Part shown: in pieces, positions 34,961-48,739 of the stretch
Layout of the letters: the number at the start of each line of letters is the position of its first letter
How positions within the stretch are numbered: the stretch's first letter is position 1
Source of the DNA: Haliotis cracherodii
Lineage: Eukaryota
Length of the DNA stretch: 64,000 bases
Direction of reading: 5' to 3'
Assembly: GCF_022045235.1 (NCBI RefSeq)
Contig: NW_027266286.1
Coordinates: 68,696,001-68,760,000 of the forward strand
Program-made: the position numbers and the translations under genes
Notes under the pieces: model-generated
Seen by the model: the letters and a program-made list of their open reading frames with translations, nothing else
Database searches by the model: none
What the model was told of the DNA's origin: nothing

Positions 34961-37734
34961 GGATCACATGTGTCAGAATGATAAGCCATGTGTGTCAATT
35001 GAGAAGACGTTAGGAACAATGAGAAGACGTATGTCTCAGAATGAGAAGACGCGAGGCAGAATGAGACGACATGTGTGTCAGAATGGGAATCATTCATATT
35101 GACTTTTCCAACGCAATATCATAATCAAAATGAATAATTACTTTAAAAAGTACATGAAGAACTTCTCTTCAGCACGTTGTCGATCTTTATCTCATTTACT
35201 ATTCGAAAACATGAATGTAATGGTAATTGGTTCGACATTGTACAGAACACCACTTTGATTCAACTACCATATAACATATGTGATGTGAGATGTGAATGTT
35301 TGAAAATGCATATGTTCCAGAACATACTGAGAAACAAATCTGAATCAGATGTAAAACACAAAAAAAACCGTTTGACATGATGGATGTCCCGGAAGCTATG
35401 TGTTGTAAAAAAATAAATTACTCTGCATTGCAATGGTATGTCATCTTTGTCAAAATCCAATCAAATCCAGGTCTGGTTTTGGCAATATGCGATAACCCAA
35501 ATTACCACCAAATGACGCTTCCTACGTCTAAGTGCGTGCTTCTGTGACATGAAGTTCCTCTTTATTGTCTTGAAAGTTTCATTACATCAGTTTTAACTCC
35601 TGAGCATCTTGTGTGAAACCTAACCACAACTTATCTGATCAATGTGAACAGTTGTCGAATGCGTCGTCTAACACCCGAACACAACCACAGAGACAGCATA
35701 TGTCACATTGAACATTGACCCAAGTTCCATTACATACAAATACCTCCTTTACAATTAGTGTCAGACGAGGCACTTGTTGTGCCACCATGGACATTCCACT
35801 CACCAGCCATCTGTCAAAATCCCCTCTTTGAGACATCCGATAACCCACTGACAACCTAATCCTACAATTTCAACAGTAATGCTATGCACGACCCAAATTA
35901 ACCCTCCTCTCAAATTATAACTATTTACCTTATCAGTGCATCGGACTATCCTAAGGATACATTTAGGCGTTGTAGGGGACTATTACCATCTTATGACGTA
36001 ACGAAACGTTATCAATTAGCGCCCCCTTGTGGCTGACAAGTCTGGCACGAAGGTCAATGATTTTTGCAGAAGACTTACCTCCCTTAAGGACACTGCCCCC
36101 TGGATTGGTGACGTAATAATGAGGGTAAGGGAACGCTGAGGGGTAGTAAAACAGTCGGGGTTATACTCACATGACGTTAATGCCTTGACGTATCCCTCTT
36201 GAGAGGGCATAAGTAGTGTACTTAGCTGACTTAGGTATTTGTAAATACTAGGATTACCGTTATTTCAGCTACTGACGTTTTATTTGGTCTGTTGGAGGAG
36301 GTTTTGGCAACTGTACATTAGGAGTTGATTGACAGGTGTTTATTGTCTTGTTACCGATTTGTGAATTAGCTTGTCCGTGTCCCCATAAAGAAATTGGTCC
36401 ATTTTATTGGAACGTGTTTGACAAATGTTTCTGGTTTACAGGACAATGAATAATTTATGGCCTCCAAATGAAATGAAGATATATTTATAGAATTGTTTCT
36501 ATTTATTTAAACAAGGTAACAGGTGAATCAACTCGAATGTATTACGTCCACCGAGATTGTAAAATAAAATTTCATTCTTTGTTCAGACTTTCATAAAATC
36601 TAAAGTATTAAAGAAGTTGTTATCCGTAAATTGTGTCTTCTTTGTCATCCGTCAACTTCTAAGTAATGCCTATCAAACAAAACAATTCTTTCATAAAATC
36701 TGTCCAAAGCGGCGTTAAAGCAAACTCACTCACTCATTGACTGTGTGTCGTGTCAAGCCTTATAACAACGACTTCTGACGCCGTCACGGTGATGTACAAA
36801 CAGCTATGACAGAAAGCCTGAGCATCGGTCCCCATCCAAGTCGGTTTTTACGAAAGGTATCAGAGGCTTATTCTGACATGAAACCATATCAAGGTTTATT
36901 TCCTTCAAACACCTGCCGTACATAAACCCAAGAAGGCGAGGTCAGATTCATAAGTTCCTCGTGAGTGATGCATCTTACTGTGCATAGTTACCTCCCTTAG
37001 CCGTGCCAGGATCCGCCGAGCATTTGTTCGAATCCCCGATTCAAACTGATTGTCATCTTTAGTGTGCCCAATAACGTATAGAGATGTACGTATTGTATAT
37101 ACTATATACGTCTTTGGTCTACTCCTTTCTTGTAGGCTTGGGCCTCACAAGTAGTTAGGAATCGATACATTCGTGGGGGAGTATCGTGGTCCGATGGCTA
37201 GGATTAAAAAGACATTTTCTCAGAATATACATGAACAAAATGTATCTTTGTGCTTTTCTCTTGCAATATAATTAAATTGTCCGCTGCACATGATGGGTGT
37301 CCTGTACAAATCGGTCGGCCCATAAACTTCTACGGTAGACGTTAAGACACGAGGAGTTATCGACGTAAAGCCATGTCAGCCATTGGACGGGGTCAAGGTC
37401 AGATATACGAGACGTTTAGGGAATAGAAGGGCCGATATTATACATAGGAAATCAATATCGTGGACTCATATTGATACGTCTCGACATTTGTATGGACAGG
37501 TTAAGCGTTATATTAAATATACATTAGAGATTAAATGTATGTGATAATATTGATACACTGATCTAGAAGATTGAAAAACACGTCATGATCGGTACCAACT
37601 GACCACATCCCGAAGCGACCGCTTGCACGGGTATCTGACCCAAGACTGACCTGTCAGATTGTATGCTCCTTGTAGTCAAATAGTACTCGGAGAGGGAAAG
37701 AAAGTGCGAGAAGAAACATATAGAGAAACAGATA

Positions 37735-37915
37735 CAGTTAACTACGGTTATAACGAACTCACAGGCATCACTCAGTTTAGCTCGTTACAACCGTAGGTCG
37801 TCATAAGCATGTATACAGCATATATACAGCAAATGACCGGGACCAAAAAAAACAAAACACTTCGCTGTATCGGTCAGTTCGTTATATGCGTGTTCGTTAT
37901 AAACGTAGTTAACTG
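37735..37915. mobile_element. pogo/Tigger-type MITE (family M2)
   Basis: TIR cagttaactacg(g/t)ttataacgaac with TA TSD; homologous to 46011-46150. Confidence 0.88.
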
Positions 37916-39411
37916 TATATATATGCAGAGGACGAGAGAGAGAAAGAGGGAGGATAGACAAGTAGAGAAACACATACAAGGGTCCATTGCTTGTCACGAA
38001 AGACAGGGATCGACTCCCCACATGTGAAGCCCCCACTGTGAGACTCCAGGATTAATTTTAAAATGGGGAACTAGGGTCAGGATATTTGACAATGCCAGCA
38101 GACTTGATCCAAGTCTCCCAAACACCAGTTCCTAGTTGAACCCCACGAGCAGGGGATCTTACAGAAGAACCTCCTGACATTAGTGTTTAGGGTGTATGTG
38201 TTGCTGTCAGACTCAATATTGATCATCGTATTATTATATCTTCTGAAAACGCATGGCTTTAGCAACGATATTTTCACCATGTATAAGTCAAACAATGGAC
38301 TGCAGGGTGAAGCTCTTAGAGTTAAATATACATTGCAAAAAGAGAAATAAAATACAAATGGAGACCAGATCAATACTTAATTTCAATCTAGACTTGCCAA
38401 ATCTTTCTAGAGTGAATGAGTGAGTGAGTGAGTAACCATTGAACCATTCCCATCCATGTCTCTGACACATGTAAATGAATGCAAACAAATTGAGTTTACA
38501 ATACAAAATAGTTTCACATGTACACAAATTGAGTGAACCATGACGAAACCAGCCCCCCCCCCCCCCACACACACACACACACACCCCACCCCTCATATGG
38601 ACGAGTTTGTCAACCCGACCGGTCACAACTGTCCGACGGTTCTTTCATCACAACCGTCTAAGTGAGGCCACATTAACGTAATGATTCCTTTCATGCCAAG
38701 ACCCTTTGAGCAAATACCAAACTCTTTCAATAATTTTTTAAAAAACCCACCAAACAATCGCCCTCATGCATTTCTGTATATGTCAAAGTAAATACATGGT
38801 TCTATCACAACGTGTGTATTATGTTAATTACGGTAATGTGTATTATGTATATTACGGCAGCATCTTTTCTCTGTGGTTTATTCCAAAAGACATACGCCGT
38901 GAAGCAACGTCCAGCCGGACTTCATTATTACGGAACCCCTCATTCCGGTCGATTACCACTGATGACGTTTATGCTTAATCAAAGGTATTTATCAATACCT
39001 GTGATTCATTTATCTGGACATGAGTTCATTCATACGGTGAGATACTGGTCGTATTATTTACAGACAACGTCAGAGTGCACACAGACACACACATAGATAT
39101 CTTTATGTATCAGTCTCCTCGCTCCAAGGGAGTTAACTGTCCTACATGGCCACGTCCAAACAGCAACAAAGAGTCCCTATCAGCACTTAAGTTGTAGTTT
39201 ATCAGGCCGTTGTCGGGACACGGTGTATATTTTGGAAGTAATCAAAAGCTATGGGTCGCGTGGCTAGTTGAAATTAGATTTATGTTGCTGTCAAGCTGAC
39301 CGGGATCAAAGGTGTTACCTTTATCTGTGTAATTAAAACTGCATTATACCCCCCGGTGGAAGTAGAGGGTGCTCTATCGTGGCGACATCTGCCGGCAGAA
39401 CAAAGAAGGGG

Positions 39412-39539
39412 TATAAACTGCTATCAGTATCAGCTGATTACTTACACCTTCACAAACAGACTTTGTTTTCACTTTCATTTGATATTTGCACTTTTTTTTT
39501 CAAATAAAATCAGTGAATTCAATATCATTTGTTGTAAGT
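39412..39539 (+). promoter_or_regulatory. Possible TATA promoter and non-coding first exon
   Basis: TATAAA at 39412, Inr-like ttActt at ~39440, GTAAGT at 39534; no coding support. Confidence 0.25.
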
Positions 39540-39984
39540 TTGGCCTCTTCTAGTTTAAGTCCTTGGTGCCATGGATGAAAGGAACAGATTGTCTGGTTAC
39601 AGTATATTCATTGTAAATGACTTGGGACAACGATGAAGTCCACTTTAAAGTGAGGGACGCAATACCAACAGAGTTGTTCTTATTCATAGTCTCTAGTGCA
39701 CGTGCAAATCGTGCACTTTGGATTTTCACCCCGTGAAAATGGACTGTGCCCCGCACGTACACGTGAGATGCGTGCAGGTGTTTGTTGTGCCAGTTTGGTT
39801 GTGTTTAAATGATGTCAAACGAAACTTGACCTTGTTTGTCTCAAAAGTTGATAAGAAGAACAACTGCTTACGATTCGGGAAAGTTTACCATTTCTTTGAT
39901 ATTCGTTGCTTTTAGGGTTTCCGCAATTAATGGCAATTAATCTCCACTTACTCACCACCTTACCTTTGTTGTTAATTCTGCAAT

Positions 39985-40066
39985 GCTGGTGTCTCCCGTC
40001 GTGATATTACTGGAATATTCCTGAAAGCGGCGTAAAACCATACTCGTTCACCCGCACACGCACTCA
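39985..40066 (+). mobile_element. SINE family A, 3' half
   Basis: ctggtgtctcccgtcgtgatattactggaatatt...gcggcgtaaaaccatactc. Confidence 0.8.
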
Positions 40067-40373
40067 TTTCAACATGAAGTATTTGCAATGCAAACTCTAC
40101 AATTTTCTTGTTTCAAATTGTTTTTAATACATTAAGTTACATCCATATAAAACGGGAAAATGCAATAGTATATCTGCTGATGTTTCTGTATATCAATTTG
40201 CCTTCTGAAAATATATTTGCAGTTGCTTTGTAAATTGTTACAAAAGTGGTCTTGATATAAGCATGTCTAGAATAGCCATCACATGTTTGTTTGTTTTTTG
40301 TTTAACGGCATGTAATTCCCAAATCGTTCAACGTTCCATGCAAGTCGAACATACATTCGCCCGTTACGCCAAA

Positions 40374-40635
40374 GTTTGTTTGTTGTTTAACGCCACCCTC
40401 AGCAATATTCCAGCCATATGTCAGCGGCCTGTAAGTAATCGAGTCTGGGCCAGACAATCCAGTGATTGACAACATGAGCATTGATCCACGCAATTGGGAT
40501 ACAATGACATGCATTAACCGAGTCAGCTAGCCTGACCACCCGATCCCGTTAGTCGCCTCTAACGACAAGCAGAGTCACCTTTTACGGCAAGCATGGGTTG
40601 CTGAAGACCAATTCTACCCCGGATCTTCACGGGCC
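40374..40635 (-). mobile_element. Retroposon family B, full length
   Basis: Reverse complement of the entire consensus. Confidence 0.92.
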
Positions 40636-41407
40636 TGCCATCACAGGTACCCTCCGCATCTGCAAATATTCACCGCAATGCAACCTGCTCCGCCTGTTAC
40701 GGTAATTCGTCGCAGAATAAATACAGCAAAATGCGTGTTCATAACCTCGTGACGTAATAATCCCAAACTGTTATGAACGACCACGAGAACATCAAAGTGA
40801 CGGCGCTCATACTACGTCATTGTATACACACAGGCCAGATGTACCACGTGGCTCATTAGCACTGTCATTGAACACGTGTAATGAATCATCGCAATGATTG
40901 ATTACCTAATCATGTTGTTAATTTCTCCGGCGGTAGTCTTTCAAGTCGACCCTGAAGTACATCATGGTGTCTAGCAACAAGATAAAACCGTTATGTTACG
41001 TCGAGTGATGGTAACTGTTAACGTCTTGGGCTTTTTGAGTTAATCATGTCGTTAATCTCATCAGATGTTATTGCACCATGTACATTTCATGTCTTTGTTG
41101 ATAAAGATTAGTGTTGCTTTTATGTTGACGGGATGTTGATGCGTACTGTCTGTCGACTTGACAGAAATGTGTGTTATATTTGACAGCATCTGATTTGTTG
41201 CTTACTGCCTGACTGAAGTTTGCCGACGATTGCTTTGAAGGGAAGGTGTCTGCAGAATCATAGAAATAAATAACTGATTAAGATAAAAAGGTCATGTTCA
41301 AAGACAGCCTATTTGGATTTATGCATATCGTATATGAACATTAACTACATATATTTACAAATCATTGTGGACGCACATCAAGGAATAGACTTGTGTGTTT
41401 GACATGA

Positions 41408-41567
41408 GCGAGTGAGTTTTTTCGCTGCTTTAAGCAACATTTCTAGCAATATCACGGCGGGAACACCAGAAATGGGCTTCACACATTGTACCCATGTCAG
41501 GAATCGAACCCGGGTCTTCGGCGTGACGCGCGAACGCTTTAACCACTAGGCTATCCGACCGCCCCCT
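41408..41567 (-). mobile_element. SINE family A, full length
   Basis: Family consensus; 10-bp TSD tttgacatga. Confidence 0.92.
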
Positions 41568-43588
41568 TTTGACATGATCTTTGGCTTTGAGAACGTTACG
41601 ATTTTCGTTATCATGAGGGTGTAACTACTCTTCACATATGTATTATGTATGCGTTTATGTATGTATTATAATGACTCCTCCCTCTCCGAGGTCCAGTGGT
41701 TGAGCGTCCGCCCGGAGAGCGGAAGATCCGGGGTTCCTTACTTTCAGAGCTAGAGCTGAGGCAATCAAGACTTGAGTTAGACTCTTTTTTAAATTTATTT
41801 CCCTCTCGGGTCTAGGAGACAGACTTGGGTACTGTGTGTGAAGCCAGTAGTGATATTGCTGCATTATCACTCACTCACTCACTCACTCACTCGGTCACTC
41901 ACTCACTCACTCGGTCACTCACTCACTCACTCTTGTAGAGCGTTAGCATCTCGGCAACTGTTCGACCATCAGTGTTTCACTGATGATGGGTGTATGTAGA
42001 CTTTTTCCATTTAATGCGAATTCTACTGGTCTCTGATGGATTGTGCAAGACATTCAGTTATAATAATAAGTAGTTCCCGGTCGGTAACGTGGTTATGGTT
42101 TCATTGTATAATATTCCCGAGACATACACTCTCGTCGTTATTAACATCGGATTACTTAAGGGAAGATCATATCTACACAACCACAGCCGACAGCGAACAT
42201 AACCAGAACCCAAGTCGCGTAATATGTCATAACTATTACAACAAGGATGTTCTCAAGTTCAGCCCTGATAAGAATATTCATGTAACGATGATCAATAACC
42301 ATATAACCAAGAAGTGAATACCTAATATCACAATGAGGCATATTCAGGAAGATGCCATTATTGGGGTATATTTGTTCGCAGCGGATGTAATATTATCCAC
42401 TGTAACTAACAGCATTGTGCCAATATTCCAGAGCTTATATAATCACTAATGAACGTTGTTGTCTAATACACTGTTTCTACATCCCACACTCAAAGTCACA
42501 GCAGGCTTTAGTTAACATATTACTTACATGTAGAGATTTGAACAAAGGCGTTCTTCAGGGTGCACAACTAACACCTTCATCATTTATACATTCACTGCAT
42601 TTTATTGTATCAGGTGGGACGCAAGAGTTCCTGAGTAAACCTAAGGGATTACAGTTAAATGTTAATTGCCGAGATATGCATTAGAGCTTGAAATTGCTCA
42701 TTTATTTTATTTTTTTTTAAAAACACCATTCTGCACTGTGACGTTGGTGAACTACATTTCGAATGAATGTCTCCGTTTATCAAAGCAAACTCAATGTTCG
42801 AAAAGTGTTCGTTAATGTTGTATGGAAAGATATGTTAAACACATGGGTTGATGCATAATTTGCATTGAAAATGTCCCAGAAGGGCATACAGCAGGGAGCA
42901 CCACTGGGCCCAACCTTATTTGCAGATTGTCCTTACTTCAAAGAATGAGATATGATGCATGTGTGAAAGGCTGAGTCCGAAAAAACGCCTATCTCATTAT
43001 CAGAAGATTTAAAGAATTAGCGGATGTAATAGTATGGCTGTTAGTTTAGGGACAGAAAGCAGAAAAGCTTAACCCTTCACAGAACAAACACAACCTCAAG
43101 TGTTCTCTTATTGAAAATGTCGAGGCGGTTTTTTCGCCCATTGTGCAAAGAGAACAAGACAGGTTGGTGGTAGCTCCCTTGCATACGTAACCGACATTAC
43201 TTAGGCGTTGATTCTTACATACTGGGGGATATATCAACCGGGACGACAGCTAAAATGTTGTTGTGTTCAAGTTAACGCAACACTGTATGGATATATTACA
43301 GAAGTACCACATTCCTATGTCCACTCAGGAGACAGACACATGCGTTAACTTTAATCTAATTCGCCTTTAATTACTTTAAAAGTCCTGTTTCCAAACCTTC
43401 TTTCGAACACACGCCAGTGATTTATAAGGATACTCATACTAATCGGAAATTTCTTTTCCATCCACAAGTGTTGGATTTACAATATTTAGACCGAACAATT
43501 CTAGGGGTCATATTTCCAACAAAATCACCCCGGACTAACATGGATGCATCGCATTCTGTTCTTATGGATTATTATGTTCTTATTATCC

Positions 43589-43720
43589 TGGGGCGGTTGG
43601 GTAGCCTAGTGGTGAAAGCGTTCGCTCGTCATACCGAAGACCGGGTTCGATTCCCGACATGGGTACAATGCGTGAAGCCAATTTCTAAAAGTGGCGTAAA
43701 AGTCATACTCATTCACTCTC
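43589..43720 (+). mobile_element. SINE family A, internally deleted
   Basis: Head intact; tcttattat repeated on both flanks. Confidence 0.88.
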
Positions 43721-43874
43721 TCTTATTATTCGTGGTTCGGAGATGGGGAGGTTGACAGCCTGGCAGTTTACAGAATGGACTTGAGGGTGTAATGTTCTAC
43801 ATGTATGTGACCCGTCTTTCTTCACGATTTATGTATTATAAGGACTTGCGGTAAGATTACTTTTTGTTAATATA

Positions 43875-44129
43875 GGGTGACAAGGTTGTCTTAGGTGCCG
43901 CTGTTCGCTGTGCAGAGTATCGCACCTTAGATGTAGCAGCAACCTATGAACGTTTGTCCGGATTCCAGATTCGCCTTGGTTAAGTTTCTAGGTTTGTCAG
44001 CACCATGCCCGTGCTCGTGAGTTCCACCAAAGTGGTAAACGTCTAAGACCTGCATCACTTCTAGCTTTTCTACCCCGCCGTGATATAATTGAAGTTGTGC
44101 TCAAAGCGTTACTAAATTCACTCACTCAC
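43875..44129 (+). mobile_element. SINE family C, diverged
   Basis: gctgtgcagagt...tttctaggtttgtcagcaccat.cccgtgctcgtg...aagtggtaaacgtct; (cact)n tail. Confidence 0.82.
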
Positions 44130-45081
44130 ATTTAATGTATACCGTTTATCACGAGAGATAACACAAACACATAGAAGAAATAAATTTGCAGTTTCTGACC
44201 CAATGGCCTAAAAGATGTTTTCAAGTTGTCCCTTCATCTTTAGAGCAACAGGTACAACGTCTACAGAAGGTTATTATTAAGCTGCGGATATAACTAAAGA
44301 CATACTGTGATGGACACAGGCGGCCACTGCTCTCCCTACAGTCAACGGACCCCTAGGGAGACCATAACGAAAAGATCCCCCACCCCTACCGGTTACCGCT
44401 ATACCCGACACAGCAGCGGACAATACCCAGGTTTTTGTTACAGGCAAAATGTAACAGTTTCTAACACCGTGACTCAACCTTGGCGATAATTGCGTGGAGT
44501 TAGGGCGGGTGGGTTTGCGGGTCACTTTGAGGCTAGGACGAGTTCAGCAGGGTTTCGTCAATATTTGTCTTACAAATAGGTAGGTATTATATACCTGCCG
44601 CGCTGGTGACACTGGATGCTGGAAGAAGCTCATTGTCGCGCGAATGAACCACACCTGCATGGACTTTTGTAAGCATCTGTAGATAGAAAATACAATACGG
44701 AGACCCTTCTTTGTTGCAAAAGTGTGATTGTTTGGTCAGTGTGCAGGTTTAGATTGTTTTGTTGCTGAAATATCGTTCCCACGGGTTTGAAAGAAATATA
44801 CAGAGATGATTCTATAATATCAGAAACACCCCTTTGTGTTGCCTGTGTACCGTCAGTGTGCAATGAATAGCTACGGCAGTATTTTATTAATGTTGTTATA
44901 AAATTGCTGAAAGGATTTAACGAAATGTGTCGAGATTGGATGTCAAAGGAAACCATCTTGGTATCAGTTGCATCTTCCGTGAGTTTGACGTACGTCTTGT
45001 AAACCATGATGTCTTCAGGTATTCAACGAAATGTTTGGTAATTCAAGAGTCTTGGTAGCTGACAAAACCTGGTATTCAAGG

Positions 45082-45638
45082 GTAAGGATAGGATACATGG
45101 ATGAACATCTTCTTTACTACAATTGGGACCTCCTAATTGTAATAAAGAAGTGTTTCATCCATATATAATATTCGATATGACTAATGACATTTGAGTAAGC
45201 AAGCAAAGCCAATAACTTGGATTAAACTTACTGGGACTGCTAATATAGCCAAGCCCAGTTTAACGCCATCGATTTCTGACTGGCATGACTGGGATCCTTT
45301 ATCCTAAAAGGCCCGTATCAGTTACAGTATCAGCATCCCAGAACATGCTTTTCTGTAGTCCTAATTGACCTGCTAATTGTAATAAAGAAGTTGTTCATCC
45401 ATATATAATATTCGATATGACTGATGACATTTAAGTAAGCAAGCAAAGCCAATAACCAATGTAGCCCAGCCCAGTTTAAAGCCATCGATGTCTGACTTGG
45501 ATCCTGTCCACAGTTCCAATTTGCTTCATCCTAAAAGGTTCGTATCAGTTAATATCCGCACCCCAGAACATGTATTTCTGTAGTCCTGACCTGCTAATTG
45601 TTATAAAGAAGTTGTTCATCTTTATATCTTATCCTTAC
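45082..45638 (+). mobile_element. Tandem 240/221-bp repeat with inverted 43-bp terminus (PLE/retrozyme-like architecture)
   Basis: Unit starts gacct.ctaattgt.ataaagaag at 45127, 45367, 45588; 45082-45124 is the reverse complement of the right end; another unit at ~48455-48660 (-). Confidence 0.7.
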
Positions 45639-46010
45639 TTAGTACTCCAACTTCCAAATGCCTCTCAAAGAAGAAATGTCTGGGTATACAACGAAGTCTG
45701 TTGATATTTAACGATATGGAGCATTATGTACAATAACTCACAACACTGTGATCTTGACGAAACGCCTGGATATCCAACGAAATGGCCCGGCATTCTAGGA
45801 AACCGTTGGTAAATTCCGGAATATTGTTACCCGACGAAACCACTGGTATTCGACGAAATGACGAAAGCAATCAGTAAAACACTTTTGACAAAAACGGCTA
45901 GTAAAATTAGTGGGATCTGGATCAGTATCTTATGTTCTGTGATGACTTCTTGCTGGTTCCATTCAGCACGTAAATGCCATTACTATAGATAGTGATGCCA
46001 TATGCTTATA

Positions 46011-46150
46011 CAGTAAACTACGGTTATAACGAACTAAGTTCGTTCCAACCGTAGTTCGTTATAAGCATTGTACGACCTACATACAGCAAATAGTCGGGAC
46101 AATAAAACCAGTTTCCTTATAAGCGTGTTCGTTATAAACGGAGTTTACTG
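46011..46150. mobile_element. pogo/Tigger-type MITE (family M2)
   Basis: cagtaaactacggttataacgaac / gttcgttataaacggagtttactg with TA TSD. Confidence 0.88.
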
Positions 46151-46184
46151 TAGGTCTTTGAAAGTCATTTAGAAGTAATACACA

Positions 46185-46680
46185 TAAGAAAGAGAATACA
46201 TGGATGTCAACTTCTTTATTATGATGAAAACAACATTTCGGAGTATATGCTTACTCCTTCATCAGGTGAATGAATGCCATGAGGCAGATAGCATAAATGT
46301 ACATGTAAGGACAACAACATTAATAAGATAACAAAAGGTGGAAAATAGCAAAGGTTAGAAACTAACAAGGGAAGCCAACAGATGATTTCCACTGATATGT
46401 GATTAGCAATAGACAATAGAAGCCACCACTCTACTGTAATTAGCGCTGATGGTATGGAAGCCATGACTTTAGTTATCATAGATAAGTTATAGGTAATGGA
46501 CGCTGGGCAAACGGATGGAATGGGGTAATAAGCACTGAAAGGTGGAAGAAAGGACATAGCAAAGGGCAAAATTGAAGCCAGCTAGGTAAGCAGCACCAAC
46601 AATACATGCAAAGAAGTGAGGCAGAAATAAATGATTGATTGATATGCATTATATGTTTGTTCACTGATGTTGATGTCAAT
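46185..46680 (-). mobile_element. Penelope-like pseudo-LTR carrying a hammerhead motif
   Basis: Homologous to 57170-57632; reverse complement ends cctgatgaaggagtaagcatatactccgaaatgttg...aataaagaagttgacatccatgtattctctttctta. Confidence 0.8.
46229..46268 (-). ncRNA. Minimal hammerhead ribozyme motif (stem III C>T variant)
   Basis: CTGATGA-A-GGAGTA(agcata)TACTCC-GAAA-TGTT. Confidence 0.7.
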
Positions 46681-47231
46681 AGCTGTCACTGTCACTTGTC
46701 AGAAACTACGTACTGAAATGTACACACCCATGCTGATCGTATCAGCGTGCACGGTACTATCACTGACACCAATTAGAACTTAGTGATAAGATAATGGGTT
46801 ATACAGCAGATCCTCCCGGATTATCTGCGCCAGTTTAATTACTTACTGTATCCGATTACTGACTGCTATGTACACCTGTCACCTGTCAGTCAAATATCGT
46901 GTACATATACCACGATTAGCAGCAGGTCAGGTAACCGCAATCTCGTAACTGTGTTTCAGGTGAGATTGCAGTGATTAGTCTGATTAGGGTTTTGGACATG
47001 GGAGGTCGGAGGTTCGGTTGATAAATACCTCAACAAGATGGGACAAGGAAATGTATAAGAATGGTTGTCAAAGTGTTATTTAATGTTTGCAATGAATATA
47101 CATATTGACTTTAAAGTGCATCTGTTCTTTAAAATAACGTATTAACATGAAATATTATCTTATCATATCAAACGATGAGACGAAATGATGTTTAACTTCG
47201 CGTTCAAGTTAATGCATTTACACAGTGACGG

Positions 47232-47400
47232 GGGCGGTCGGGTAGCCTAGTGGTTAAAGCGTTCGCTCGTCACGCCGAAGACCCGGGTTCGATTCTTGAC
47301 ATGGGTACAATGTGTGAAGCCCAATTCTGGTGTCCCCCGCCGTGATATTGCTGGAATATTGCTTAAAGCGGCGTAAAACCATACTCAGTCAGTCAGTCAG
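47232..47400 (+). mobile_element. SINE family A nested in a family D copy (~47170-47645, -)
   Basis: Family consensus; (AGTC)n tail; TSD aca(c/t)agtgacgg. Confidence 0.93.
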
Positions 47401-48739
47401 ACATAGTGACGGAAATGCACTTGTGTGGGTGCGTGTGCACGCGCGTGTGTGTGGGTGTATTGATGCTTATACTAATCCGGACTAATGCCGGTTTTATAGT
47501 GCACGCATGTGCATTGAGATACCATGTTTTAAGATGAATAATCCACTCAGGCACAATATGCTGAATCCGAGTGGACCAGTCCTTGTTTTATCTCCTCAGT
47601 GCCTATGGTGCCAGGCTGGTTAAAACAAGTACCATCTTTGAACGTTTTTTATATAGTATGAGAAACATAGGTCTACACTAAACTGACGTCCCCGATGAGT
47701 GTATGTGTGGCGATACCGTAACAGGTACTTGAGGAGTCGTAGTAGCAATTATAAACAGCCAGATTTATCTACTTCAGAACATTTGAGTAAGCAGGCAAAC
47801 AAAATGAAGTATTATATACATTAACCAACCATGATGAGAGCCAAGTGGGCAAATCTTAGTTCGGCTTTGAAAGTTAAGAATGGTCAGTCCAGAATTGCGG
47901 GGTTAAACTGTAGTTGAGAAGAGGCATCAGATAACAGGCTCTAAGATATATATTTCAGTATGTAATAATCTTGCAACGAAGGATTTCCTGTCGGTTTCTG
48001 CTGAAGTGTGTGAGATAAGACTTATCCGGAAGACATGTAACTGACTTTACGAAATCGCGCTGAATAATCTACTCACAAATGGCGGCTCGTTTACCAAAAC
48101 AATTTACACTTAGAAGTTGCCCAGGGGGACCATTTACCTCCTTCAGTGGACAATTGTATACTATGAGCTAATCTGACGGCATCAGTTAACGCCCCCTTGC
48201 GGCTGACAAGTCTGCCACGACGGTCACTGCTTTTTGCAGAAAAGTTACCGCCCTTAGGAGCTGTCCCGCGATCTCGTGATGTAAGGCGAGATATTAACGA
48301 CACCACTGGGTCACTAAATCAGTTTGACGTCCACGGCCATGCTGTTAGCAGCCAGGTAGAGCATAATGCTCCCGTTATTGTTGTTGAAACCTACTTTGCA
48401 CATGATGTGATTCTTGGCACTTTTATGATAAAAGTTGTTTTATTACTGATTGGGTCTGTACTACTGAAATGCACGTTCTGGGGTGCGGGTGTTTTAACTG
48501 ATACGGACCTTTTAGGCTAAAGCACAACTGGAACGGTGGACAGGATCCCTGTAAGAAATCGATGGCTTTAAACTGGGCTGGGCTAAATTGGCAGTCCCAG
48601 CAAGTTTGATCCAAGTTATTGGCCTTGCGTGCTTTCTCAAATGTCATTATTCATATCGAGCTTCAAGTTTATTTTCACCCTAATTACACAGAGCCAATGT
48701 CCAAGTGTCCAACACGTTTCGCCAGAACCACGACTGGAC

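Noticed and set aside
34082-35102. 299-aa and 267-aa ORFs
   Set aside because: Produced by a stop-free 21-bp minisatellite open in several frames on both strands; no splice or domain evidence.
44630-45007. 125-aa minus-strand ORF in unique sequence with catcATGG start
   Set aside because: No recognisable domain or supporting promoter/splice structure; compatible with chance, though not excluded without a homology search.
45421-45450. ctgatga in the tandem unit (and at 12910, 16128, 24312) as hammerheads
   Set aside because: No convincing stem II followed by GAAA and stems I/III.
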